A stretch of 64,000 nt of DNA from Nannocystis bainbridge (GTDB lineage: Bacteria > Myxococcota_A > Polyangia > Nannocystales > Nannocystaceae), in NCBI RefSeq assembly GCF_028368995.1, contig NZ_JAQNDL010000002.1, positions 960,001 to 1,024,000 of the forward strand. Direction: 5' to 3'. The notes under the pieces were generated by a model. The model had not been told where the DNA came from and ran no database searches. It was given only the letters and a program-made list of their open reading frames with translations. Shown piece by piece: positions 32,601 to 43,732 of the stretch (positions within the stretch are counted from its first letter, which is position 1; every line of letters starts with the position of its first letter). Position numbers and translations under genes: made by a program.

Positions 32601-34868
32601 ATGGCCTCGAGGACATGTTCGATGCGGCATGTTTTGTGGGGCATGCTCGTCGGGACATGTCTCTTCGGACCTGCTTGTGAGGCCAGCAAGCCCGAGCCCG
32701 TCGTCGGGACGGCGGCGCCGCGGCCGGCTGCGCCGGCGCCGGTGGCCCGGATCGTCACCGCCGATCTCTGGCAGGACCTGATCGCCCAGCGGCCGGGCGC
32801 GCTGACGCTGGTCGACGGGCGGCTGGTGGTCGAGCTCGGGCGGGTGCAGGCGCGGGCCAACCTCGATCTGGGGACCGGCGCGGCGCTGCGGCTCGGCGAG
32901 GAGTTCGGCGAGGAGCGCGGGGCGCTGGTGTTCGGGGCCGGGGGCACGCTGACGCTGCCGCTCGACGGCGAGCTGGCGCCGAAGCTGCACCCCGACAGCG
33001 AGGGGCAGCCGGGGCTGGCGATGGCGGTGACGCTGCGGGCGCTGGCGCCGGGGCAAGCGGTCACGGCGCTGTGGAACGAGCAGCCGCTGGCGCACCTGTC
33101 GATCGGCGAGGCGTGGGAGCGGCGGACGTTCTCGCTGCCGCCGGCGCTGGTGCGCGCGGGCGAGAACCGGCTGCGGCTGCACTTCTCGCGCCCGGGTCGC
33201 GGCGGGCAGCCGAGCGCGGCGATCCAGCGGGTCGAGGTAGGTCCGCGCGCGGCGATCGTCGCCGGGCCCGCGCCCCAGGCGGGCGGGTATCAGGTCCACG
33301 CGGGCGATGGCGACGAGGTCTCGCTCGACCTGGCCCAGGGGACATCTCTGGTGTTCTACGCGTTGGCGCCGCGGCGCGGGCGGCTGCGCGTCGAGGGCCG
33401 CGGCGAGCTGGCGGTGCTGGTCAGCACCGACGCCGAGCACCGCGAGGGTCGGGCGCCGGCGCTGCTGCTCGACGGGGCGCTCGGACCGGCGGGTCGCGAC
33501 CTCGATCTGTCGGGCTACGGCGGGCAGCCGCTGCGCATCGAGGTGCGCGCGCCGGCGGGCGGCGAGGGGGCGACGCTGCGGGTGCTGCAGCTGGTGGCGG
33601 GCCGATCGCGGCCGGTCGATCGCCGCGAACGCAAGCCGCGCGACCTGATCGTGATCGCGGTCGAGGGCGCGCGCGCGGACGACCTGCTCGGGGTGCTGCT
33701 CGGCGGGCCGCGGTTCCCCGCGGTCGAGCGGCTGGCGGCCGAGTCGCTGGTGTTCGAGCGCGCCTACGCGGTGTCGCCGTGGGCGGTGCCGACCCACGCG
33801 GCGCTGCTGTCGTCGGTGCCGCCGCCGGGCCACGCGACGGTGCGCGGGACGTTCGTCGCCGACGGCCAGGTGCTGCTGCCGGAGCTGCTCGATCGGGCCG
33901 GTTATTACGGGGTCGGGATCGCGGCCAACGCCGACTTCAACGCCGAGCGCGGGCTGGTCCAGGGCCTCGATTTCGTCCGCAACATGACCGGAGGGACAGG
34001 TGCGGGCAAGGACGCGCGATCGGTGGTGCGCGCGGCGCTGGAGGCGATCGCGGGCCGGCCGGCGCCGCGGTTCGTGTACGCCGACATGACCGATCCGCAG
34101 GCGCCCTACGATCCGCCGCGCGAGCACATCGGCGGGCCGCCGCCGCCCGACGCGCCGCTGCCGCACCTGACCCATTTGTGGCTCGGACGGGTGCGCGCGG
34201 GCCGGGTAGTGGCCGAGCCGGCCCAGCGCGACTACGTGCGCCGGCTGTACCGCGGCGAGTTGCAGGTGGTCGACGCGGCGCTGGCCGACCTGCTGACGGC
34301 GATGGAGGAGCAGGGCGGGCTCGACGAGGCGGCGCTGGTGCTGGTCGGGCTGCACGGCGAGGAGTTCTTCGAGCACGGCGGGGCGCTGCACGGGTTCTCG
34401 CTGCACGAGGAGAGCCTGCGGGTGCCGCTCGTCATTCGCGCCCCGGCGCTGCTGGCCCCCGGGCGGGTGACGGCGCCGGTCGATCTGCTCGACCTGGCGC
34501 CGACGCTGGCCGACCTGCTGGGCCTGCCGTTCCCGGCGCAGTGGCAGGGCGACAGCCTGGTGCCGCTGATCGACGACCCCCAGCCGCCGCCCCGGCTGGT
34601 GGTGGCGTACCTCGGCGACGGCGCGCGGGCGGCGGTCCTCGGCGATTACAAGCTGATCGTCGGCAGCGGCCGCGACGCGCAGCGCCTGTACGACCTCGCG
34701 GCCGATCCCGGGGAGACCCGCGACCTCGAGGTCGACGGCGGGATCGCGCTGCGGCTGACCCGTACCGCGTTGGCGTGGGAGATGGCGGCCGAAGGGCGGT
34801 GGAAGCGGAGCCGCTGGGGGACCGGCGCGGACCTCAAGCCGGCCTTTGCGCTCGACCACGGGATGTAG
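32601..34868 (+). CDS. Sulfatase-fold lipoprotein (probably catalytically degenerate)
   Basis: Lipobox-like FGPAC. C-terminal sulfatase fold (FERAYAVSPW, PQAPYDPP, YRGELQVVD, HGEEFFEHG, VPLVIRAP, LLDLAPTL). The ORF may extend upstream to 32148 through the 36-bp repeats. Confidence 0.8.
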   Translation: MASRTCSMRHVLWGMLVGTCLFGPACEASKPEPVVGTAAPRPAAPAPVARIVTADLWQDLIAQRPGALTLVDGRLVVELGRVQARANLDLGTGAALRLGEEFGEERGALVFGAGGTLTLPLDGELAPKLHPDSEGQPGLAMAVTLRALAPGQAVTALWNEQPLAHLSIGEAWERRTFSLPPALVRAGENRLRLHFSRPGRGGQPSAAIQRVEVGPRAAIVAGPAPQAGGYQVHAGDGDEVSLDLAQGTSLVFYALAPRRGRLRVEGRGELAVLVSTDAEHREGRAPALLLDGALGPAGRDLDLSGYGGQPLRIEVRAPAGGEGATLRVLQLVAGRSRPVDRRERKPRDLIVIAVEGARADDLLGVLLGGPRFPAVERLAAESLVFERAYAVSPWAVPTHAALLSSVPPPGHATVRGTFVADGQVLLPELLDRAGYYGVGIAANADFNAERGLVQGLDFVRNMTGGTGAGKDARSVVRAALEAIAGRPAPRFVYADMTDPQAPYDPPREHIGGPPPPDAPLPHLTHLWLGRVRAGRVVAEPAQRDYVRRLYRGELQVVDAALADLLTAMEEQGGLDEAALVLVGLHGEEFFEHGGALHGFSLHEESLRVPLVIRAPALLAPGRVTAPVDLLDLAPTLADLLGLPFPAQWQGDSLVPLIDDPQPPPRLVVAYLGDGARAAVLGDYKLIVGSGRDAQRLYDLAADPGETRDLEVDGGIALRLTRTALAWEMAAEGRWKRSRWGTGADLKPAFALDHGM

Positions 34869-34880
34869 TAATCGCCGCGC

Positions 34881-35876
34881 ATGGCATCCGGCCCCTCGCT
34901 CCTCGAGTCGATCCCCAAACTCGTCGCCGCTCGTGACGCCGCGGCGCTCGTCGCCCTGCAGGACCACGACGACAAACAGGTCCGCAAGGCCGCGCGCAAG
35001 GCGATCCACACGCTGCGCAGCAAGGGCGTGACGATCCCCGAGGCCGAGACCCCGCGCGGCTGGTCCGCCGGCGACCTCAACGACCTCCGCGGCGACATGG
35101 CGGCGGTGGCCGTCGTCGACACCGAGAGCACCCCGGGCCTTTCGCGCGTGATGATCAGCGCCCCGCAAGAGGAGCGCAGCTACCTGTGGGTGGCGGCGAT
35201 CAGCGGCCGCGACCAGATCGTCGACTTCGCCACCTACGTGCAGACGGATGGCCAGCGCACGCGGATGATCCGCGACTGGGACCGCGGCAGCGAGCGCCGC
35301 GTGCCGGCCGACTGGGCCCGCGCCCGCATCCGCTGGGCCCGCGAGCAGACGCTGACCTCGGGCTTCGCGGTGCCGCGCCAGCTCGACGACATGCTGGTCC
35401 ACCTCGGCGAGGCGCCGGTGTACCGCCCGGCCAGCTTCCTCGACGGGGTGCTGCCGCCCGTCGACTTCGCGCCCGACAAGGACAACGTCATCATGTCGCT
35501 GGCCAACGCGCGCGTGAACCAGTGGCCGCCGGTGATCGACGTCGAGCCGATGATGCGCCGCGTCAACGAGAAGCACCCGGACCTCAACGACCAGAGCCCC
35601 GAGGACGACCGCTACACGGCGCTGCTCGACGGGGCCCGCGGCGACGAGACGCTGCGCGCCGACCTCAAGGCCCAGGTCGCCAACCTGCTCGAGGACGCCG
35701 CGGTCACGCTGTGGCTCGGCGGCAACGACGTCGAGGCGGCCAAGGTCCGCGTGCTGGCGTCGGAGATCCGCGCGTCGGCCGAGCCGGAGGCGCTGCCGTG
35801 GATCGGCCGCCTGCTCGGGTTCCAGATCGCCAGCACGTTCGCGTACCTGTCCCGCCAGCAGCAGCTCGGGCAGTGA
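34881..35876 (+). CDS. Hypothetical protein
   Basis: 331 aa, strong GC3 bias, DKQVRKAARKAIHTLRSKG motif, coupled to rsmE. Confidence 0.75.
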   Translation: MASGPSLLESIPKLVAARDAAALVALQDHDDKQVRKAARKAIHTLRSKGVTIPEAETPRGWSAGDLNDLRGDMAAVAVVDTESTPGLSRVMISAPQEERSYLWVAAISGRDQIVDFATYVQTDGQRTRMIRDWDRGSERRVPADWARARIRWAREQTLTSGFAVPRQLDDMLVHLGEAPVYRPASFLDGVLPPVDFAPDKDNVIMSLANARVNQWPPVIDVEPMMRRVNEKHPDLNDQSPEDDRYTALLDGARGDETLRADLKAQVANLLEDAAVTLWLGGNDVEAAKVRVLASEIRASAEPEALPWIGRLLGFQIASTFAYLSRQQQLGQ

Positions 35877-36595
35877 ACCTGATCCTGCTGCGCGCCGAGG
35901 AGCTCGCGCCGACGGGCGCGGGCTCGCAGCGGGCTGTCCTTCGGGACAGGCGGCTGCAGCACCTGCGCGAGGTCCTGCGCGCGCGCGTCGGCGACGAGGT
36001 CGGGGTCGGCGTGGAGGGCGGCGCGATCGGCAAGGCGACGATCATCAACCTCGACGCGCAAGCAGCCGAGCTCGAGCTGCGCCTCGACGAACCACCGCCG
36101 CCGCCGCTCGACGTGACGCTGGCGCTGGCGCTGCCGCGACCGCCGACGCTGCGCAAGGTGCTGCAACAGGCGACGGCGCTCGGGGTCAAGCGGTTCGCGC
36201 TGTTCCGGGCCGAGCGGGTCGAACGCAGCTACTTCTCGAGCCACGGCCTGCACGCGAGCGCGCTCGCGGAGGACCTCCAGCTCGGGCTCGAGCAAGCGCG
36301 CGACACGATCGTGCCGACGGTCGAGGTCCACCCGGAGCACTTCGGCCGATTCGTCCGCGAACGCCTGCCTGAACTCTGCGAGGGCCGCGCGCCGCTGGTG
36401 GCCCACCCGGGGGCGGCCACGCCGTGCCCGCGGGCGCCGATCGGTCCGGCGACGCTGATCGTGGGCCCGGAAGGCGGGTTCATCCCGGCCGAGGTGGCGC
36501 TGCTGAAGTCGCTGGCGCAGGCGATCGATCTCGGGCCGCGGATCTTGCGGGTCGAGACGGCCGTGGTGGCGCTGCTGGCTCGCCTGTCGCCGTGA
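35873..36595 (+). CDS. rsmE: 16S rRNA m3U1498 methyltransferase RsmE
   Basis: HLREVLR, LALPRP, EQARDT, IVGPEGGF, LGPRILRVETAV. Confidence 0.92.
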   Translation: MNLILLRAEELAPTGAGSQRAVLRDRRLQHLREVLRARVGDEVGVGVEGGAIGKATIINLDAQAAELELRLDEPPPPPLDVTLALALPRPPTLRKVLQQATALGVKRFALFRAERVERSYFSSHGLHASALAEDLQLGLEQARDTIVPTVEVHPEHFGRFVRERLPELCEGRAPLVAHPGAATPCPRAPIGPATLIVGPEGGFIPAEVALLKSLAQAIDLGPRILRVETAVVALLARLSP

Positions 36596-36682
36596 GGCGC
36601 GCTGCTTCGGATGACGGGGCCGGTCGTCCGTGATCGGCGTGACCTCGACAGGCACGCGCGGCCGGTCTAGCGTGCGGGGCGG

Positions 36683-38152
36683 GTGACCGCGCTGCGCACA
36701 GGCTCCGCGACGCGCTGGCTGCTCGGCGCGGCCGCGCTGGCGATCCTGGCGCTCGGCGCCAATCCGGCCCGCAAGGCGTTCGTGCGCGCGCTCGTCGGGC
36801 GCGACGGACAGGTCCCTACGGACATGTTCCTCGGGACATCCGCGGGGCCCGGCCTGGCCCCCGCGGCGCGGGTGCGGGTGGTGCTGATCGACGGCCTCGG
36901 AGCGGCGGCGGCGAGCGAGCTGCCGGCGCTGTCGGCCGTGTGCGCGGCGGGCCAGGAGCTGCGCATCGACGTCGGCTTCCCGACGGTCTCGTTGCCGGTG
37001 CAGGCGGCGCTGTGGACCGGACGCACGCAGCAGCAGTCGGGCCTGCAGTACCGGGCCACGCAGCTGGCGGCGCCGCCACCCGGCGCGAGCCCGGCCCAGG
37101 TCGCGGACAGCGTGGCGCTGGCCGAGTCACACCCCGAGATCGTGCGCTCGTTCGGGTTCGCCGCGACGCGCCCCGATCCGTCCCGCGATCCCGAAGATCC
37201 GGAGGCGTGGCGCGCCGCGTTCCCCGAACAGGCGATCGCGGCGGTCGCTTCGCCGTCGCGCCTCGTGCACGTGCACGTGCTGCGCGTCGACGAGGCCGGC
37301 CATGCCGCGGGCGCGGCCTCGTCGGCCTATGCCGAGGCGGTCCGCGGCGCCGACGAGCTCCTGGGTAGGCTGCGCGCGGCGGGGCCGAAGGACGCGCTGT
37401 GGTTCGTGCTCGCGGACCACGGCCATCGCCCCGCGGGCGGGCACGGAGGCGAGGAGCCGGAGATCCGGATCGTGCGCGGCTGCGTGGCCGGGCCAGGGAT
37501 CGCGCCATCACCGACGAGCGCGTCGATCCACGTCGTGGACCTCGCCCGCGCTGTCGCGGATGCGCTGGGGGCCGAGCTCCCCAGCGACGCTCGTGGTCGA
37601 CCGTGGGCCGATGCGCTGGCCGATCCATCCCCCGGCGTCACGCTGCCGCGTCCGGGGCCGGTGCGCGTCGGGGTCGCCGGCCTGCTGCTCGCGCTCGGGC
37701 TCGGGCTCGGCGTGCGAGCGGACGGGACGCGCAAGCTGTGGTCGCGCGTGCCGTGGGCGCTGCTGCTGGCGCTGCTCGGCCTCGGCGTGATGTTCGGCTG
37801 GCCGTCGCTGTCGGACCCGCCGGTGTTCGCCCCGCGTGGGCTCCAGCTGTGGCTCGCGTGCGTGCCTGCAGCCGTGCTCGCGCTGGGGCTCGGGCTGGCC
37901 GGGCAGTCCCCGCGGGCCCAGCTCGCGCCGGCGCTCGGATCGCTGGCGGCGGCGCTGGTGCTGTGTCGGGCGCCCGAGGCGTGGCTGCTGCCGATGCTCG
38001 GCGTCGGCGAGGCCGGGCCTCCGCTCATGCCGCGCTGGAGCGCCACGGTCAGCGTGCTGTTCGTGGTGGTCCGCAGCCTCGCCGAGGGCGTCGCGCTGGC
38101 ATGGGTGCTCGGACCACTGCTCCGGCGGCTGCGCTCGCGGACGCGGGCATGA
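36683..38152 (+). CDS. Membrane-bound alkaline-phosphatase-superfamily protein
   Basis: VVLIDGL, PTVSLP..AALWTG, VDEAGH, LADHGH metal motifs, N-terminal anchor and several C-terminal TM helices. Confidence 0.75.
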   Translation: MTALRTGSATRWLLGAAALAILALGANPARKAFVRALVGRDGQVPTDMFLGTSAGPGLAPAARVRVVLIDGLGAAAASELPALSAVCAAGQELRIDVGFPTVSLPVQAALWTGRTQQQSGLQYRATQLAAPPPGASPAQVADSVALAESHPEIVRSFGFAATRPDPSRDPEDPEAWRAAFPEQAIAAVASPSRLVHVHVLRVDEAGHAAGAASSAYAEAVRGADELLGRLRAAGPKDALWFVLADHGHRPAGGHGGEEPEIRIVRGCVAGPGIAPSPTSASIHVVDLARAVADALGAELPSDARGRPWADALADPSPGVTLPRPGPVRVGVAGLLLALGLGLGVRADGTRKLWSRVPWALLLALLGLGVMFGWPSLSDPPVFAPRGLQLWLACVPAAVLALGLGLAGQSPRAQLAPALGSLAAALVLCRAPEAWLLPMLGVGEAGPPLMPRWSATVSVLFVVVRSLAEGVALAWVLGPLLRRLRSRTRA

Positions 38153-38297
38153 GGACCTGACGGTGTGGCCACATCGTCCGCGATCTGGGTCCGCTTCGAA
38201 GTCTCGATCGCCGCGCGATCTTGCTTGACGCTCCTGGCGCGGTTTGGGATTGCTGGTGTGGCGGGCGACAGGCGTCGTGCGCGGAGGAACGACGGCG

Positions 38298-39068
38298 ATG
38301 CTCATCTATCGTGGTTTGCGAGTGGTGCTGTTCGGCGGGCTTGTCATGGCGACGGGCTGCGGCGACGACGACAATCAGACCGGCGGCTTCACCAGCTTTT
38401 CGACCCTCCAGCCGACCGGGGCGACCAACCCGAACACCACGCCCGGGACCACGCCGGGCACCACCCCGGGGACCAGCGAGACGACGAACGACAGCTCCGG
38501 GGACTCGGAGTCGAGCACGATGCCGGTCGACCCGAGCACCGAGCCCGACCCGACCTCGACGACGAACCCGCCGACCTCGACCACCGAGCCGCCGACGGCG
38601 ACGACGGATCCGGCGACCACCGACGAGTCGACGTCGAGCTCGTCGAGCTCGTCGAGCTCGAGCTCGAGCACCTCGAGCTCGACGACCGACGACACGAGCT
38701 CGAGCTCGAGCTCGAGCACGACGATGATGATGACGACCGACCCGCCGCCGGCCAAGGATCCGCAGCCGGCGCAGGGCCTCTACTCCAACTGCTTCCCGAG
38801 CGACATGTGCGTCGGCCTCAACGGCGGCGGCTGCCTCAGCCTGCAGGACGCCGACATGGTCGCGTTCGACGGCTTCTGCACCGTGCTGTGCCAAACCGAG
38901 GCCCAGTGCACGCCGAAGCCCAACAGCCCGGCGATCACCCGCTGCCTCGCCATCGACGCCATGCAGAAGGCGTGCTTCCTCGAGTGCGTGACCGACGCTG
39001 ACTGCCCGACCGGGATGGCGTGCGAGCTGGTCGGCCTGCCCAACGGCGACGGCAGCTACTGCTGGTGA
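38298..39068 (+). CDS. Cys-rich lipoprotein with Thr/Ser linker
   Basis: Lipobox MATGC, poly-Ser from TCGAGC repeats, C-terminal 12-Cys domain ending YCW. Confidence 0.8.
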   Translation: MLIYRGLRVVLFGGLVMATGCGDDDNQTGGFTSFSTLQPTGATNPNTTPGTTPGTTPGTSETTNDSSGDSESSTMPVDPSTEPDPTSTTNPPTSTTEPPTATTDPATTDESTSSSSSSSSSSSSTSSSTTDDTSSSSSSSTTMMMTTDPPPAKDPQPAQGLYSNCFPSDMCVGLNGGGCLSLQDADMVAFDGFCTVLCQTEAQCTPKPNSPAITRCLAIDAMQKACFLECVTDADCPTGMACELVGLPNGDGSYCW

Positions 39069-39410
39069 GCGCGCGCGGTGACATGGCCCAAGAGCCAGGT
39101 CACCCGCGCCGCCGCGCTCGCGTCTGCGCGAACGCTCCCGTGACCGCGGCGGCCACGGGCGAGTCGAGCGCATGGGGTGCGCAGTGACATGACCTGAGAG
39201 CCAGGTCGATGCTCGGGTCTGCGCGAACGCTCCCGTGACCGCCGCGGCCACGGGCGAGTCTTTCGACCTGACGGGCGCGCTGCGCCGACGCGGGTGAGCT
39301 CGCGCGGTGACATGACTCAAAAGCCAGGTCACCAGCGCCGGCCGCGTCGCTCGGCTATGCTCGAGTCTGCGTGAACGCTTCCGCAACCGCAGCTATTACG
39401 GGCGAGTCGA
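39065..39410 (+). repeat. Three imperfect ~105-125 bp tandem repeats running into the copA start
   Basis: GTGACATG(G/A)C..(A/G)A(G/A)AGCCAGGTC ... TCTGCG(C/T)GAACGCT.CCG ... ACGGGCGAGTC occurs three times. Confidence 0.85.
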
Positions 39411-41689
39411 TCGACCTCGCATTGACGGGCATGCGCTGTGCCAACTGCGCCCAGACGATCGAGCGCGCGCTGGCGCAGGTGCCCGGGGTGTCGGCGGCGC
39501 AGGTCAACTTCGCCAGCGAGACCGCCTCGGTCGCGCTCGCCACCACGACGCCGGCGAGCCGCGGGGCGCTGGTGGCGGCGGTCGAGGCCGCGGGCTTCGG
39601 GGTGATCGCCGGGGCCGACGCGACCGACCTGTCCGTCGAGACAGCCGCGCGCGCGGCTGAACTCCGGGCCAGCTGGCGCCGCTTCATGGTCGGCGCGGTG
39701 TGCACGGCCCCGCTGATGGCGATCAGCATGGCCCGCGATTTCGGGGTCATCGGCGACCGGCCATGGCTGTTGTGGCTGCTGCTGGCGCTGACGCTGCCGG
39801 TGCTGGCCTACACCGGCGGGCCGCACTTCCGCGGGGCCGCGCGGGCGCTGCGGGCCGGTCGGGCCAACATGGACGTGCTGGTGGCGCTCGGGGCCGGCGT
39901 GGCGTTCGTCGCCAGCGTGCCGGTGGTGCTGGCGCCGGCGTCCGGGCACCACGTGTACTTCGAGACAGCCGCGGCGATCGTCACGCTGGTGGCGCTCGGC
40001 CGCCTGCTCGAGGCGCGCGCCCGCGGCCGCGCCGGCGAGGCGCTGCGCTCGCTGCTCGAGCTGCGGCCGCGCAAGGCCCGGGTGATCCGCGACGAAGTCG
40101 AGGTCGAGCTGCCGGCCGAGGCGGTCAAGGTCCGCGACGTGGTGGTGGTCCGCCCCGGCGAGGCCATCCCGGTCGACGGTCGCGTGATCGCGGGCGAGTC
40201 GGCGGTCGACGAGAGCGTGCTGACCGGCGAGAGCCTGCCGGTGGCCAAGGAGGTCGGCGACGCGGTGGCCGGCGGGACGATCAACGGGCCGGGGCTGCTG
40301 CGGCTGACTGCGACGCGCGTCGGCGCCGCCACGGCGCTGTCGCAGATCGTCCGCCTGGTGCGCGCGGCCCAGGCCAGCAAGGCGCCGGTGCAGGCGCTGG
40401 TCGACAAGATCGCGGGGGTGTTCGTGCCGATCGTGGTCGGGCTGGCGCTCCTGACCTTCGGGGCGTGGCTACTGGTCTCGTCGCACGGGGCCGAGCACGC
40501 GCTGATGCGGGCGGTCGCGGTGCTGGTGATCGCGTGCCCGTGCGCGCTCGGGCTGGCGACGCCGACGGCGATCGTGGTGGCCACCGGCGCGGCCGCTCGC
40601 CGCGGGCTGCTGTTCAAGAACAGCGCGGCGCTCGAGGCGGTGCGGGCGGTCCGGGTGGTGGTGTTCGACAAGACCGGGACGCTGACGCTCGGCCGGCCGC
40701 AACTGCAGGCGATCACGCCGGCGCCGGGCGTCGATGAGGACGAGCTGCTGACGCTGGCGGCCGCGGCGGAGCAGGGCAGCGAGCACCCGCTCGGCCGCGC
40801 GATCGTGGCGGCCGCGAAGGCCCGCGGGGCCAGCCTGACGAGCCCGACCGGGGTGCGAGCGATCGGCGGGCGCGGGCTGCGGGCGCTGGTGGGCGACGCG
40901 GAGGTGTGGATCGGGACGCGGGCGTGGCTGACGGCGCAAGGGGTCGCCATGGATCTGGCCGAAGAGCCACCTGTATCTTGGGACATGTCCTCTGGCACAG
41001 GTGACAAAGAACATGTCGCTCCGGGCATGTCCGTAAAGACCGCCGATGCCGGTCACACGCGCGTGTACGTGGCGCGCGACGGGCGGTACCTGGGCGCCAT
41101 CGCGCTGGCCGACGCGCCGCGGCCGGAGGCGCGCGAGGTGGTGGCGGCGCTGCGCGGGCAGGGCTTGCGGGTGGCGCTGCTGACGGGCGACCGGCGGGGG
41201 ACGGGGCTGGCGATCGCGGCGGCGGTCGGCATCGACGCGGCGGACGTGTACGCGGAGGTGCTGCCGGCCGACAAGGTGGCGACGGTCGTGGCGCTGCAGC
41301 GGACCGGGCCGGTGGCGATGGTGGGCGACGGGGTCAACGACGCGCCGGCGCTGGTGCAGGCGGACGTCGGCGTGGCGATCGGCAGCGGCACCGACGTCGC
41401 GGTCGACGCCGCCGACGTGACGCTGCTGCGCAGCGACCTGCGCGGGCTGCTCGACGCGCTCGCCATCGGCAAGGCGACGGTCCGCACGATCCGCCGCAAC
41501 CTGTTCTGGGCCTCGGCCTACAACCTGGTGCTCATCCCGGTCGCGGCCGGCGCGCTGTACCCCCTGAGCAGCTTGCCGACGTGGCTGCGCGCGCTCGATC
41601 CGGCGCTCGCGGCCGGGGCGATGGCGCTGTCGAGCGTGACGGTGGTGGTGAGCAGCCTGGCGCTGCGGCGGGTCGCGGCCGAGCGCTGA
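39371..41689 (+). CDS. copA: Copper-translocating P1B-type ATPase
   Basis: GMRCANC HMA domain, [35 protein letters not shown] and MALSS Cu+ motifs. Confidence 0.93.
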   Translation: MNASATAAITGESIDLALTGMRCANCAQTIERALAQVPGVSAAQVNFASETASVALATTTPASRGALVAAVEAAGFGVIAGADATDLSVETAARAAELRASWRRFMVGAVCTAPLMAISMARDFGVIGDRPWLLWLLLALTLPVLAYTGGPHFRGAARALRAGRANMDVLVALGAGVAFVASVPVVLAPASGHHVYFETAAAIVTLVALGRLLEARARGRAGEALRSLLELRPRKARVIRDEVEVELPAEAVKVRDVVVVRPGEAIPVDGRVIAGESAVDESVLTGESLPVAKEVGDAVAGGTINGPGLLRLTATRVGAATALSQIVRLVRAAQASKAPVQALVDKIAGVFVPIVVGLALLTFGAWLLVSSHGAEHALMRAVAVLVIACPCALGLATPTAIVVATGAAARRGLLFKNSAALEAVRAVRVVVFDKTGTLTLGRPQLQAITPAPGVDEDELLTLAAAAEQGSEHPLGRAIVAAAKARGASLTSPTGVRAIGGRGLRALVGDAEVWIGTRAWLTAQGVAMDLAEEPPVSWDMSSGTGDKEHVAPGMSVKTADAGHTRVYVARDGRYLGAIALADAPRPEAREVVAALRGQGLRVALLTGDRRGTGLAIAAAVGIDAADVYAEVLPADKVATVVALQRTGPVAMVGDGVNDAPALVQADVGVAIGSGTDVAVDAADVTLLRSDLRGLLDALAIGKATVRTIRRNLFWASAYNLVLIPVAAGALYPLSSLPTWLRALDPALAAGAMALSSVTVVVSSLALRRVAAER

Positions 41690-41851
41690 GCTCGCAGGCT
41701 GTAGCCGCGCGTCGCGGCCCGGGGTGCGCACGGACTGGGACGCGCGCGTCGCTACGAGGCCGTCGCGGCCTTGCGGGCCCTCTTCATGCATGGTTCGCAC
41801 GGGGCTCGTGAGGGCTGCGAAACGCGCGGCGATCCGTGCTACGGATCGCGC

Positions 41852-43489
<1,638 letters not shown>

Positions 43490-43732
43490 GCGCCGCGTCG
43501 GCGCGGTCGCCGAGCGCCGCGTCGGCATGAGCTTCTGGGCATGTCGCATGAGACATGTCCTTTGGGGCATATCTCGGGGCGCCGCGGTCCGGGGCCGGCA
43601 GGCTTCCTCACGACCGGGCGGTGAAACCTCGGACGTCCTTCGGCGCGTCGGCGGGGTGGCCTGCTCGCTGCAGAGCGGTCCGATCGGGGAGCGAACCACC
43701 GGGCCGCGATTTCGCCTACGATCGACCTCGTG

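Noticed and set aside
35934-35949. CTGT-N8-ACAG as an E. coli-type LexA box
   Set aside because: Sites are GC-rich inside, mostly intragenic or 3' of genes, and arrayed. Myxobacterial LexA is reported to use a different motif.
38634-38718. TCGAGC hexamer run as a phase-variation tract
   Set aside because: It is a frame-neutral poly-Ser linker, typical of these lipoproteins.
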